NCBI RefSeq assembly: GCF_964355755.1
Contig: NC_092673.1
Span: 21,821,648-21,885,647, forward strand
Direction of reading: 5' to 3'
Length of the DNA stretch: 64,000 bases
Source of the DNA: Antedon mediterranea
Lineage: Eukaryota > Animalia > Echinodermata
Shown here: piece by piece, positions 26,001-38,301 of the stretch
How positions within the stretch are numbered: the stretch's first letter is position 1
How the letters are laid out: each line of letters starts with the position of its first letter
Notes under the pieces: model-generated
Told to the model about the DNA's origin: nothing
Seen by the model: only the letters and a program-made list of their open reading frames with translations
Databases searched by the model: none
Program-made: the position numbers and the translations under genes

Positions 26001-28574
26001 AATAAGTATGGACAAATCAACAACCCACATACTGTCACGTCAGAAAATCTTTCTGCACATGCTTAAAAACATGTGTGCATGCGCAAAATGACAAACGTGA
26101 TGTGTAAAAAAGCTATTGAAATTTTCTATTTAATAAGAAGACTTGTTAGGACTCTACTGCAGAGTTGTACACCAAATATAATACTGTACAAGAATAACTC
26201 TGTCCGAACAAGCCCTAAAATAGATACAAACGTAACTCTGTCTGAACAGGCTTTAAAATAGATACCTTAAAACTAAAAGAGACCAGACTTACAGTAATAT
26301 CAAAAGATAAAATTAATAAATTTGAAAATATTCAAAAGCGATAAATCTCAATTTAATTCCATCATTGTATTTACGTCAACACTCTGGCGCGAAAATTGTC
26401 TCGCTTGTCACGTATATAAAACATTACAAATATGATAAAATACAAACAGTATGAAACCAAGTGGTAAAATACAAAAACAACAAATACAAAATTTGCATAA
26501 AAATGTTAAAACATGGCAGTATTAAAAGATATCATTAACATGTTGAAAACAGTGTCATAGGTTTAATAGGAAAATTGAAACACAATTTAATGAATCAAAA
26601 ACGTACAATTGTACTTAAAAATAAATGTTTTATTATCATTTATATTGAATTTTAATATCAGCTTTTTCGCAACATAAAGACAAATTTCATACTGTACTAT
26701 TTTTGTTTGTATGACAATAAAAGATCTGTATCTGTATCTGCCTGTGTATATAAAAATTGGATATTGGATTGAAGTATGATTCAAACTTTACATTAAAAAG
26801 CCTCATAGCAGATGGGAGAAAAGAATTTGTATTCTATTAGTTTTCATCATAGGGAAGCATATTCTACCACATTTTGGTGATTTGTTGATATCAGAATATT
26901 TTCTTTATCAGATTGAGAGCAAATTGCTTCAACATCCTGCAAAAGAAACTGGCGTATTGAACCAACAAGAGTTCTTTGATGCAATGGAAGTCTTATCACC
27001 ATTGTCAAGTGAGAAGTTACGAAACAGACTTTTTGAAGAGTCGGCACTCCATTACTGTGAAGACAACAAAGTGTCTGTAATGAGACTATCACGTATCCTT
27101 GTTTTAATTCTCAAGCTCTGTCTACACTATCAAACTAGTTTGACAAAAAAAGTGTGATATGCCCAAATATGGTAGTGATATGACATCATGTCCATGTATG
27201 GGCACATCACAATTTTTGTCACATAAAGTTTGATAGTGTAGACAGTACATAGCTTAAGATAATTGCTGGTGAATCCAGATGTGAGAATGAGTAATAAGTT
27301 GAAGCACATGACCCTTTCATTGTGTCTCTCCTCATCTAGACATGCTTCCCCTGCCACATGTGGAACAACTCTGACCAGTAACTAGATAAACTATTTATCA
27401 TGCTTATAAACTAAGTCTCAATTTCAGTACAAATAGTCGTGAATTACAACCCTGGCACTACTGTAGGTCAAGATTGAACCCTGGATCTTGGGATTGAAAA
27501 GCAAGCATGTTAATCACCAAGCTCCAGTACTTTGTGTTATACTGTCTAAGTTATAATGCTAACAATGTAGCAGTATCTGAATGATCTATTTTGATCATTT
27601 TTCTTTTCATTGATATTTTCTTTAAATATAATATCTCTAGAAATTGGGAGTTACCTTCTTCTTCTGCAAGTGGCCCCTTTGCTAAGGTCAAAGGTCGCTG
27701 AAAATGTAGAAGATGCTCGACTTCATCACCAAATACAAGCAACATGTAAGTTACACATTTGACATATTTGACACACATTTGAGAAAGAGAAATCCATGGG
27801 CCAGAATTCAAATCTCATTGTTGAAATTGAGTGAATATGTAGTAGTACTTCTGATATGTTTCTTAATTCTGGTAATCTTGGCTTTGGTGTATTTATGTGT
27901 CCATAGTTTTATGTTAGGCATAGCTTTATTTGAGAATTACAAATTTCTTTATATTTTGAAAATGTCAGCTGGTCTGATATTGTATAATTGTTTTTTATAT
28001 ATTACATTTTGATAAATCTTGCACATTGAATTTGTTTATTTAGAACATCAATTATTTCAAAATTATTCTATTTTTATTTAATTGATCTTACAGTATTTTA
28101 TTTTCTTGTTAACCTAAAGTAATAATTGTTTATTTGAAGTGAGCAAAGCTGATGTTGAGGCATCGAGAAAGTCAGACATAATGTCAATGACAAAACTGAG
28201 AAACCTAGCAAGGAATGTTGCCAGGTTTGTCTTCCTCTTTCATCCCAAAAAAATTAAGCAAAAGATGTAAAATGAGTTTATCAATTATGAAAAAGAGCAA
28301 CCAGAGCCATTATGATTGTTCAGTTCAAGTATAAAACTCCTAATTTAGGCACATTTAAACATTGGTAAATATCTCAGCCTATACCATGTAGTGCTAAATG
28401 TTTGTAATCGAGCATGATCTAATACTACCTTACTCACTTTTTAGGCGGGAACAACACCGGAGTCTCAGACAAATTGAGGGAAACTTACAATTTAACACTG
28501 ATGAAGATTCTGACAGCAACACATTTCTTGCAGAGCTTCTGCTGTCAAGTGAACAGGTCAACGAAACAGAATGA
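5026..28574 (+). CDS. Uncharacterised ~930-aa coiled-coil protein, TSNAXIP1-like architecture
   Basis: Phase-consistent GT-AG chain: 5026-5056 (tentative first exon), 6379-6537, 7193-7346, 8658-8843, 9174-9331, 9739-9818, 10050-10244, 10947-11175, 11580-11761, 12527-12642, 19244-19475, 20336-20350 (microexon), 22430-22510, 23393-23485, 24296-24403, 24837-24989, 25442-25567, 26912-27092, 27641-27745, 28140-28224, 28445-28574 (TGA). N-terminal RIVAVFKVFDDVIP..FSKVLEIIRDEVY, a long coiled coil, CSSCGEKTVLCPH and a helical C-terminus (PRPMKL..LYDFMFDRY..VQIFSHILVGNLD) recall the TSNAXIP1 family. Gene structure is well supported; the family assignment is from memory only. Confidence 0.8.
5374..6292. 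mobile_element. Non-autonomous element (DINE/Helitron-like) in first intron; shortened inverted copy at ~29158-29300
   Basis: Both ends (TAGACTTGCCCCAAGTCTGTATT...TTTTTGTCTGAAAAT and GTATGAAACGCCATATGTGCCAAAATATTTA) recur in reverse complement at 29161-29295. Short hairpin AGACTT..AAGTCT near one end. Confidence 0.5.
7471..8047 (+). mobile_element. Helentron-associated (HINE/DINE-like) non-autonomous element
   Basis: Starts TTACCTCCGCCAAGGAGG followed by a (TG)n/TGTC tract. Ends GGCGGAGGT, a short hairpin and CTAGTTTT. A related copy lies in opposite orientation at 58289-58648. Confidence 0.65.
8428..8614. mobile_element. hAT-like MITE
   Basis: TIRs CAGTGGCGTAA / TTACGCCACTG; imperfect 8-bp flanks TTGTTGGC / TCATTGGC. 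Confidence 0.6.
9421..9574. mobile_element. PIF/Harbinger-like MITE family A copy
   Basis: Left TIR AGCTCTGTCTACACTATCAAACT; internal CCAAATATGGTAGTGATATG repeats. Neighbouring copies at ~8955-9052 (partial) and ~9862-10011. Confidence 0.8.
10455..10610 (-). mobile_element. SINE 3' fragment
   Basis: Reverse strand reads CTCTCCACCCAGGTGTATAAATGGGTACCTGG...GGCGCTATATAA, a typical metazoan SINE body and tail. Confidence 0.45.
12772..12933. mobile_element. PIF/Harbinger-like MITE family A, full copy with TAA target duplication
   Basis: TAA flanks at 12769-12771 and 12934-12936; ~23-bp TIRs. Confidence 0.85.
13298..18114 (-). CDS. Short-chain dehydrogenase/reductase, BDH1/HSD17B2/RDH-like (SDR9C type), 361 aa, nested in an intron of the plus-strand gene
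   Basis: Exons 18114-17700, 14760-14608, 14484-14320, 13650-13298 (TGA); 1086 nt in frame. N-terminal hydrophobic anchor, VLITGCDTGIG, LWGVVNNAGI, GRVVNIGS, catalytic YCISK, IEPGNF, P..RY near the C-terminus. Confidence 0.93.
14880..15125. mobile_element. Dispersed foldback repeat containing a tRNA-like segment; second copy ~21810-22082
   Basis: Shared GCCCTACTCTGAC..GTAATTTGTACTTTATACTAA..TACCTCTAGACCACCAA..GAGCCCAAGTAAGCAGC. The GCACCCTGACGCAAAGC motif at ~15093 is the reverse complement of ~21824-21840. Confidence 0.55.
20898..21300. repeat. Minisatellite, ~6 copies of a ~70-bp unit
   Basis: Unit TCATCAGCAATTCAATAGTTAGGA(CTC/G)CTGACGGTGTTTGGGGTGGGAACAAGTGAAAGTTGAACAGCTT repeated in tandem. 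Confidence 0.9.
22977..23116. repeat. Tandem duplication of ~76 bp
   Basis: TCTGAAGGATAGAGTTAATGACACTGACAGCACGTTCTA.TACAAAAATAATTAATATTATAA occurs twice. Confidence 0.9.
23760..24193. repeat. Three degenerate tandem copies of a ~100-180-bp AT-rich unit
   Basis: AAGGCAACATTGACAA.AATTAATTACCAT..GCCTACTAATATT ... ATATTTAGAAATATTAAAAATAAAACTATA recurs three times. Confidence 0.8.
27114..27254. mobile_element. MITE family A copy
   Basis: Same TIR and internal repeats; begins 21 bp after the 27093 splice donor. Confidence 0.8.
27405..27530 (-). mobile_element. tRNA-headed SINE fragment; second copy ~53975-54090
   Basis: Shared CTTATAAACTAAGTCTCA..TTACAACCCTGGCAC..GATTGAACCCTGGA.CTTGGGA..CATGTTAA.CACCAAGCT; the reverse strand shows a B-box-like GGTTCAATC. 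Confidence 0.55.
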
Positions 28575-29679
28575 AATACTTGAACTTGCTGGTTGTCATC
28601 TTGAATACTCCACAAGGACGTCTGACAAAGAGGCCTTTGAGAGTGGCTTATCAATTAGACATTATCTCTTTAAATTTATCACTATTAGTGGCTTCAATAG
28701 CATATTAAGGCAGTTTATTTACCAGGATTGAATTAAAATAAATTTTTATTATGCAACTGGTGACCTGAACTATGAATAAGTTATCTGTTGATATAAAGCA
28801 ATACTGGCAAACTTCACCAAGTGTTTGCAGAGTTAGTATAGACTTCTGCAGACTGGTGATCTGAAGTTTGTCAACTGGTATACTTTTGTAAACTTTGGTA
28901 AACTTTTCCCACTTAAAGTTTGCTTGAGTTTGCAAACAAATTTTTGCTATTGTAAACTAGGTTTATGATTTAGTTTATGAGTGCATTAGGAAAGTGGCCA
29001 GCCAGCCAACCTTAGATTGTGCTGTTGAACTTTACTTGCCTAGCATTCTTCAGAAGACAGTTCTAGCATAACCACCGAGACATCAAGACATTCTCAACTA
29101 TATGCCTATTTCCTTTTGGAAACACATCGTTAACTAGATTCTTCTAGCCCGTTAGATAAAGGTAAATATTTTGGCACATATTGCGTTTCATACATATAAT
29201 ATAATACTCACAATTACAAATTTTCAGACAAAAATCGAAACGTCGACTGGTCGAATAATAAAAAAGACAATAAATACAGACTTGGAGGAAGTCTAAACCT
29301 AACTTTACTAGCGACAGAATTATATCTACAGCATGTAATTCATTGCTTGAAATATGTATTATACTTTTCTATATATCTATATATTTTTTAAATTCTTGGA
29401 TGATAAATATTGATAATGTAACTGTTATTAATTCAAATTAAATGTTAAATTATTAATTTTATAAATGATGTAAATGTATTGCTTTGAAGATTAAAGCTGT
29501 ATATTGTAATGAAATTGTATTTGTGTTCTCATACACCTTTTGTTATTTATCAAAAAGTTTTTTCAATGGGACCATTTGATTGGTCCAAAATTGATCCAAA
29601 TAGTTTACGAGGGACCAGTAAGAAAGGTTAAGAAGTTCAAAAAGAGCAAAGCAATAAAATTATTAGAGTAAAAGAAGTA

Positions 29680-31465
29680 ACAGAGTAGCAGGTATGGATA
29701 ACAGAGAGGAAAGCTTAAGAGGTGAAAAAAGGAGTAGCAGGGGATTATAAATAAGAGAAATGATTGAGAGGTGAAGGAAAGAGTAGCATAAGTTGGTAAC
29801 ACAGAGTTAGGATTGAGAGGTGTAGGAAGGAGTAGCAAAAGTTGGTAACAGGGAGTTAGGATTGAGAGGTGTAGGAAGGAGTAGCAGAAGTTGGTAACAG
29901 GGAGTTAGGATTGAGAGGTGTAGGAAGGAGTAGCAGAAGTTGGTAACAGAGAGTTGGGATTGAGAGGTGTAGGAAAGAGTAGCAGAAGTTGGTAACAGAG
30001 AGTTAGGATTAAGAGGTGTATGAAGGAGTAGCAGAAGTTGATAACAGAGAGTTGGGATTGAGAGGTGAAAGAAAAGAATAGCAGAAGTTGGTAACAGAGA
30101 GGAAAGATTGAGAGGTGAAGAAAAGAGTAGCAGAAGTTGGTAACAGAGAGTTAGGATTGAGAGGTGTAGGAAGGAGTAGCAGAAGTTGATAACAGAGAGT
30201 TGGGATTGAGAGGTGAAGACAAGAGTAGCAGAAGTTGGTAACAGAGAGGAAAGATTGAGAGGTGAAGAAAAGAGTAGCAGAAGTTGGTAACAGAGAGTTA
30301 GGATTAAGAGGTGTAGGAAGGAGTAGCAGAAGTTGGTAACAGAGAGTTAGGATTGAGAGGTGAAGAAAAGAGTAGCAGAAGTTGGTAACAGAGAGTTAGG
30401 ATTGAGAGGTGTAGGAAGGAGTAGCAGAAGGTGATAACAGAGAGTTGGGATTGAGAGGTGAAGAAAAGAGTAGCAGAAGTTGGTAACAGAGAGGAAAGAT
30501 TGAGAGGTGAAGAAAAGAGTAGCAGAAGTTGGTAACAGAGAGTTAGGATTGACAGGTGTAGGAAGGAGTAGCAGAAGTTGATAACAGATAGTTAGGATTG
30601 AGAGGTGTAGGAAGGAGTAGCAAAAGTTGGTAACAGAGAGGAAAGATTGAGAGGTGAAGGAACGAGTAGCAGAAGTTGGTAACAGAGATTTATGATTGAG
30701 AGGTGAAGAAAAGCGTAGCAGAAGTTGGTAACACAGAGTTAGGATTGACAGGTGAAGGAAAGAGTAGCAGAAGTTGGTAACAAAGAGTTAGGATTGAGAG
30801 GTTTAGGAAGGAGTAGCAGAAGTTGGTAACAGAGAGGAAAGTTTGAGAGGTGAAGAAAGGAGTAGCAGAAGTTGGTACCACAGAGTTAGGATTGACAGGT
30901 GAAGGAAAGAGTAGCAAAAGTTGGTAACAGAGAGGAAAGATTGAGAGGTGAAGGAACGAGTAGCAGAAGTTGGTACCACAGAGTTAGGATTGACAGGTGA
31001 AGGAAAGAGTAGCAAAAGTTGGTAACAGAGATTTATGATTGAGAGGTGAAGAAAAGAGTAGCAGAAGTTGGTAACACTGAGTTAGGATTGACAGGTGAAG
31101 GAATCAGTAGCACAAGTTGGTAACACAGAGTTAGGATTGACAGGTGAAGGAAGGAGTAGCAGAAGTTGGTAACATAGAGTTAGGATTGAGAGGTGAAGGA
31201 AGAAGTAGCAGAAGTTGGTAGCAGAGAGTAAGGATTGAGGTTCAGGAAAGAGTAGCAGAAGTTGGTAACATATAGTTAGGATTGAGAGGTGTAAGAAAAA
31301 GTAGCAAAAGTTGGTAACAGAGAGGAAAGATTGAGAGGTTCAGGAAAGAGTAGCAGGGGCTTATAACAAAGAGTTAGGATTGAAAGATGTAAGAAGGAGT
31401 AGCAGAAGTTGGTAAAAGAGAGTTAGGATTGAGAGGAGTAGGAAAGAGTAACAGTAGTTGGTACC
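29680..31465. repeat. Purine-rich 49-bp satellite, ~36 copies
   Basis: Consensus GAGTAGCAGAAGTTGGTAACAGAGAGTTAGGATTGAGAGGTGTAGGAAG with recurring variants and degenerate edges. Confidence 0.95.
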
Positions 31466-32156
31466 GTAGAAGGCTAGTGGTTGCATAATGAGTAGAAAAG
31501 CCATATCTAGATAAAGTAAAGTAAAAGTGAAAGGACATCATTAGAACAGTTAAGAGATTAGGGGACTGGTTTCGGTAGTATGGGTTTCGATAGGTTTGAA
31601 TTATTGGTACTGAATTGTTTGGAAAATATAAAATGTATTCCAATACGCCCTGCTGCAAGAAGGCCGGTTGTATCTGGATTTACCAGATTTTATCCAGGTG
31701 GAAGCTCAACAATGGATTTGCCGTGTAGTAACCTTGTGCAGGTAGCGCTTGTATTATTTCAGGGTTAAGATGTTGGGTTCAAATAGACGGTTTTTATCCG
31801 CAAAAATGTATTCTCGGCTAAAATAAATCTGTTAAATGTCATGTGAGATGCTATCGGAGTTCATGCAAATAGAAAATGAATAGACACAATAAATAACAGT
31901 TTACAAAACCATATTAAATTATACAACTTTATTACTCACTCATTTCAACACAACCATTTCAATTGAAATCTTCAACAATCATCAAGAATGTACATATAAT
32001 TTCACTTTTATTTTACAAATAGATGAATATTATTTATCAGAAAATCTAATTTAGTTAGAATCTCACCATTAAAGAATAAATTGTGCATCTAATTGTGCAA
32101 AACTTGGTCCAATTTTGTTTTGCCATTTATAGAAAAAGGTCACTAGGAAATTAATG

Positions 32157-32348
32157 CAGTCAACACTCCCAATACCGGAACTCTCTGAAAACCGGAAACT
32201 GTCCCAATACCAGACTTCAAAACAAGAAGTTCAAACAGTCCCAAATTCATTTTAATCATTAAAAACACATTTGAATACCAGACTTTTTCAGGAAAAACCA
32301 GATATATTTGGCCAGACCAAAGGTGTCCGGTATTGGGAGAGTTGACTG
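32157..32348. mobile_element. Tc1/mariner (Tigger/pogo-like) MITE
   Basis: TIRs CAGTCAACACTCCCAATACCGGA / TCCGGTATTGGGAGAGTTGACTG followed by TA. A more degraded element of similar type lies at ~17150-17340. Confidence 0.7.
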
Positions 32349-34782
32349 TAAAAGCTGGGGTACATTTTAAGGCACAACACATCAACTATTTAACAGTACT
32401 AATTATATATAAATCTAATTATTATTTCAATCAAACATTAACAGTTTTGGAAAATAATTGAAAGCAAAAAAATACTATTTATCTTCTTCATTAGGAACGT
32501 CAAAAATGTTCTTCTGCAGTTACTGCAGTAACTATATTTCGTTTACTCTAACTGCCTCAAAATTATTGAAAAAATAAATCATGTTATTGCAGTAAAAAAA
32601 TGTACTAATATCAAATAATGTTTAAAAAAGTTCCTTTTAATGAATAAACAAAATCTTTAACAACTTCCCCCCACCCCACCCACTTTTCATCAAATACCAT
32701 TCCATGACTGGCCTTTTAATTATAAAAGGTAATAATCATCATATTATTAAGCTTTATATCATATTCATTACATTACTATACTTCTTCCACAATATATACA
32801 ATCTTTATACAATATATATTATAACATATTATAACATAAATATATATGCGAGGTAAACATATGAATATGGATGGATTGAATAATATCTTAGTAATTACAA
32901 TATTAAGGTAATATAGAATATTTTTTACATTATATAATTATACCTCTACTAGTAGTAAATGAGCACAAGAACAATGTGGTAGCCTTTCTAGTAAAATCTT
33001 AGCACACATCCAAACGCGTATATAATCACCAGTTACTGTACTGGCTTTTGTTATTTTACAGGGGCAGATCCAGGGAGGGCTAGGGGAGCACTTCCACTTT
33101 TAACAGCTAAAATAACCACTTTTTTTATAACCATCTATTTTTTACAGACTGTTATATGTTAGTGCTCCCCTGTTTAGCAAATCCTGGTTCCTCCCCATAT
33201 ATTATAGTAACTGGTAAAGAATAAATACCATATTGTAAATATTAAATTAGTATTTATAAATTCATATTGTACTACAGTACTGGGTATTTTAATATGAATC
33301 ATTCAAATTAAATTCTTCATATGAAAATAAACAAGGATGAATATGAAATAATAAACGGGGCTTATATAGCCTCTAAATAAATGAGGCTTATAATATAACC
33401 TATAAATATTAAAATAATTATTAATTAATTAATTAATAAGCGGGTAAAGCTGATAATAAAAGCTTATTGTAAGTAAATAATTATAGTATGTGTCATTTTG
33501 ACAGAAATGAAATTAATATGATTAAGGATATTCATTTAACATAAAGCATTTTGTAGCCTGTTTAAAGCAATAAGAAATTAACAAGTTCTCTCATCTTAAG
33601 TGACAATCTATTACATATTACGATCAAAAGTCCTGTTTACAAAGAATCAAGTTACAGTTAATAAATCACTCCCATTTAATATGAAAATGATTACAGCTTT
33701 TAATAATCTACTGATGGCATTGTTTACGATACTAAACTAAGTAACTAATGGCTCAAGGCACAAGCTTTCAGTAACCAAGGTTGAAGACATCATGCAAATA
33801 ATGATAATATAATTAGAACTATGAATCAATATCTCAACCTTCAGTGAAGTGACTTTATAAAACATTTTATATTACTCTATTATAAGCCTGAGGAAAACAT
33901 TATTTGGATATTTGTCCCATCTGATTTGATTTTATTATATTTTCAAAGTTCACCGCAAATTACTCCTGAAATTTCAAATTCCCATTTAGTTCAATTTAGT
34001 TTTAATCTTCGTTTGGAAAACATAGCCTTAATCTTTGTGACATATTTATATTTCAATATTATCCCTTGCCGGAGTTTCTTTCTGTTAGAAGAGACCTATA
34101 ATGCAATACAAACGATCGCTTCCATTTACCTCTAATTAACAGTAAAATTAATCGGCAGTTAACTATTATACATAATAAGGAGGATCTGCCGCGCATTTAC
34201 GTCAGATGTAAGTACTTGAACATTTCATGTATAAACAATTTATTCATGTACGTAATAATAACACCTCTAAAAATAGTGATCAATGTTACAATGCATAAAT
34301 GGGTTATTGATTCATATCAATATGATATGATACAAAAACGCATTTTGAGTCAACTAGCTTGTGTCCTATTATTCAGTTCAAATTACTCATCATTATAATG
34401 ATAAGGAAGAATAGAAAAATATGATCTAAGACAATTATTACTGGTCAATGCTATTATTATTATTATTTAAATTCTTATTTGTTTTACAGTATTATTACAA
34501 AATATCGCACTTATAACATACTCCAATACTGCTGTCCAGGTGGTTTAATTATTGATGGTGAATTAAATATTATAATGAACTTATATTTATTTTTTGAAAA
34601 CCGAAAATAAAATCATTCTGAAGTTAATCGGATTTGAAGAACAATGCCATTGTGAAATATTATTGTTTGAATATTTTCCAACTTAATTATTGAATCATTA
34701 TTAGTAATATTGCATCTTATTAAAATTATTTTTTATATTTATTAATTACAGTACATAAATTATTTAAAACACACTAGTATAA

Positions 34783-34913
34783 AGGTCTGTCTACACTATC
34801 AAACAAAAAAAATGTGATGTGATGTCATATTACTACCATATTTGGGTATATCACTACCATATTTGGGCACATCACACATTTTGTCAAACTAATTTGATAT
34901 TGTAAACAGAGCT
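34783..34913. mobile_element. MITE family A copy
   Basis: Same TIRs and internal ACTACCATATTTGGG repeats. Confidence 0.8.
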
Positions 34914-35934
34914 TTAATGTGGATGATAAGTATATACATGTTGAAAGGAATTTAGCTATAAATACAATTTAAAGTTTAATCTGCAGAACCTTGTGCACAC
35001 TAGAGACAATAGATTTTGAACTAATTCTTTCTTAAGTTCCTTCAAGACTGAAGTTCTTGGTTCAAGATTAGATGGCCTTGAATCTAAGTTTGCCATAAAG
35101 TCTTCTAAAGACTTCAATATAAATATACGAGGCAAAGTAAATGAAATCAATATACTTCACCAACCTCATATAAATATATGAGGTATCAAGTATATTTTTT
35201 TTTTATTTGAATGAGAATAAAAACAATTTTTGACTGAAATTGTTATTTTATTAATGTTTTCTATGAATTTAAAGGCTTTCACTAGGAATGTCATAAAAGT
35301 ACCAGCCTGCCTTAATTATTTTAAACACAACAGAATGATCTTTATATCATAATATTATCATAGATTCTAAATAGATATTTATCAATGTTGACCTCTGACA
35401 TTTCATATCTTTATGATTACCCTGACTTACAAAAAACAAAAGATATATCAATGATATTACATTTAAATTAGAATATAATTATTGATATTAATATAAAATC
35501 AAGTGCTTATATCTCTTGTTATATTTAGGAAAATTGACAAGGACAACCATAAGCGAATGAATTCACTATCCTTATCGAAGGTGGCCATCCTGTTTAAAAA
35601 AAAAATACTCAAGATGTTCTACGTATACACATAAATCAAAAAGTCTTTGGGAGTGGAGGATTTGAACCCATGACCATGGTAGCTAAGCATCTTAACCTCC
35701 AAGCTACACTCTTTATATTTCTTAAAATAAAATAATAAAACCAAATTTCTATAACATTAATTACATAAATATACAAAGTATTACAAAAAGCATCAGATCC
35801 ATTTAGTTATTGATTCATTTTACCAAATTAAAATCAAAATTAATACAGGTAATATCATAATTCTATATTTCATTCCAATGGCAATTTTGAGCTTTAAAAA
35901 ATTAATGCAGAAGAATATTCATGTCAGTGGTTTT

Positions 35935-36262
35935 ATCAGAATTTAACAGAATGTTCATGTAACAGAATTTAACAGACTGTTATTCAGCTAACAGAATGTA
36001 ACATTCAGAAACAGAATGTTATTCATGTAACAGAATTTACAGAATGCTATTCATAAACAGAATTTTACAGAATGTTATTTAAACAGAATTTAACAGAATG
36101 TTATTCATTTATAAAACAGAATTTAACAGAATGTTATTCATGTAACAGAAGTTAACAGAATGTTATTCATGTAACAGAATTTAACAGAATGTTATTCATG
36201 TAACAGAACGTTATTCATGAAACAGAATGTTATTTATGTAACAGAATTTAACAGAACATTAT
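35935..36262. repeat. Minisatellite, ~11 degenerate copies of ~29 bp (AACAGAATTTAACAGAATGTTATTCATGT)
   Basis: Directly visible; ends ~45 bp from the tincar-like stop codon. Confidence 0.9.
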
Positions 36263-36307
36263 TATGTTACCCTTTGTGCACTGTTTTATTTTTAGCAGGA
36301 AATATAT

Positions 36308-38301
36308 TCAAACAGGTCGACCATTCATTGAAGTATTTAAGACACCATTTTGAATAGGTTCATGTTCTTGTTTTTGATGCAACAGTTGGCACTCTTCTGC
36401 CGTTGCTGACCCATTTCGGAGTCTTTTCGGGGAATATTTTTCTGATGCTTGAGGCATATTGTTTGTCATGTGTAACTTAGGTGACATTTTGACTTCTGTA
36501 ACATTATCAGTGTTATGTCTTTGGTGGATATCTTGGTTATAATGATTAACAAAGCTGAGTTTAATGTCGTTTTTCATTCCACTGTCATTGAGAGAACCTG
36601 TAGATCCTGCGCTTTGACTAGACTCTTCGTTGACGCTCTGTACATTGTCGAGATATGCAAAATTAAAATTCCATTCGCGTTTCAAAGCAAATACAACCCA
36701 TAAAAATGCCCAGAAGAATATGTAAAATATATCATACAGCATGCAGGCTAATAGACGTGGGTCACCCTGATGGCGGAATGCTCGTAGATATTCAACTATT
36801 AAGGGAGATTTACAAATAATGAAAATTACAAGAACACAGAGGGCGCCCATGTGCGGTATGTAACCTTGACATCGCAATGCATTACCCTTGTAAACAACGG
36901 AACACTTTCCATCTTCTACATTATTTTTACGTTTGCGGAGTTCAGATTCTTTCATTCGTGTATATCCATATAAAAACATGACAACAGCACTTAAAAATAT
37001 TGTGATATTGTTTGTTAGGAATAAACCGACGAGTCCAGCCGCGCTACTTACAACGGCTGGTTCCGGTATTCCATATTTGTCCCAGCCGTACGTGTGTAGT
37101 TTATAAAGTAAAGATACTCCGATAAATCCAAGTGAATATTGAATAGCGTTGAACATCAACTGAACGGAAAGAAGTAAAGCAAAGCCCTTGTGGCAGAACC
37201 AGAATACATCACCATACAGAATCGCATACACGACCAACGCAGTGACATAGTTTATGTAGTTGATGGTTACCATTGAGACTTTATAAGGTGGTTCTTTCAC
37301 ATGTGGTTTTAAGTCCGGTTGATTAGTATTCATGAGATCTGTATCTATTAACGGTGGTGGTGATGGGGCCCTGTCCATCTCAATAACTGGTACCAAACTA
37401 ACTTCAGATCGCCAAATAGATTCTGTGAAAGAAACAAAAAACATAGAAATTGTTTGGTACCGATCTACAATAGTTAATTTTGATGATAACACAATGAAAT
37501 CTTAAAATGGTAAATATTTCTATGCCAAACAGTCAAACATCAAGACTGGTTTTAGTATAAGAATTAATTAATCAATGTTCCAAACTTTGTATTAATGAAT
37601 ATTTTGATATAAATGTATATATAAACATATAGAACACAGTTACAATATGAAGAGCTATACAAATTGCCATTCAGTCACCTTGGTACAAGAAAGTATGGTT
37701 GTAGGTTAAATGTTCTCAGTACGTAGTCCATTATTATAGAGGGGTGCACAAGGAACTTTTATCTTTTTGCATACATCTCAGGCTATCGTAGTTTATCCAA
37801 GTAATACATGCAAGGAATGGTCTCAAATCAATAATACTTACGTGGTGGTAACAAGCCATGTTCTATTTCTCGAGCTTGTAGAAACATAACCGGAAGTAGA
37901 AGACAAAATGCTGATACTATATGCATGGTTGCCCCAACTGGTCCTAGATGTTTTGTATATCTTCGTACAAACACAAGCTTAGCTTTCAAACCACCTTTCC
38001 ATTTTGGTGGTCCTTGATCGCCTTTCTCAACCCCGAGTTTTGTCCGATCATTTGCATTGTTCCCAACTTGGAATATTTGCGTTGGTATGAATAAGATCGT
38101 GATAAGTAACGCTGCTGTAACGCAGAGCATGTAAAGACCGAGTTCTGGTTTTGGTAAAGTTCCGTCGGGCCAGTCCATTTGACGCACACGGTGGTAGTGG
38201 TAAAACGCACTTATTACTAGGTAGGCGTGCGTCACCACAACAAACACACAGTACCAAATTGACTGTAGACTGTTCAGTTTCAAAGACATTTTCATCGCCA
38301 T
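36308..38301 (-). CDS. tinc: Tincar-like multipass membrane protein, 524 aa
   Basis: Coding exons 38301-37842 and 37422-36308 (phase-1 intron, GT-AG). Motifs LNSLQSIWY, W....PKPEL, VGNNANDRTKLG, H(IV)SAFCLLLP..LQAREIEHG.LP..SIWRSE, INYVTALVVYA, VFWFCHKGFALLLSVQL, GYIPH, LWVVFALKREWNF resemble Drosophila tincar; about 8 hydrophobic segments. Acceptor at 38353 implies upstream non-coding exon(s). Confidence 0.85.

Noticed and set aside
29605-31658. Minus-strand ORFs with LLFPSPVNPNS repeats
   Set aside because: These are translations of the 49-bp satellite; the unit is not a multiple of 3 and frames are interrupted.
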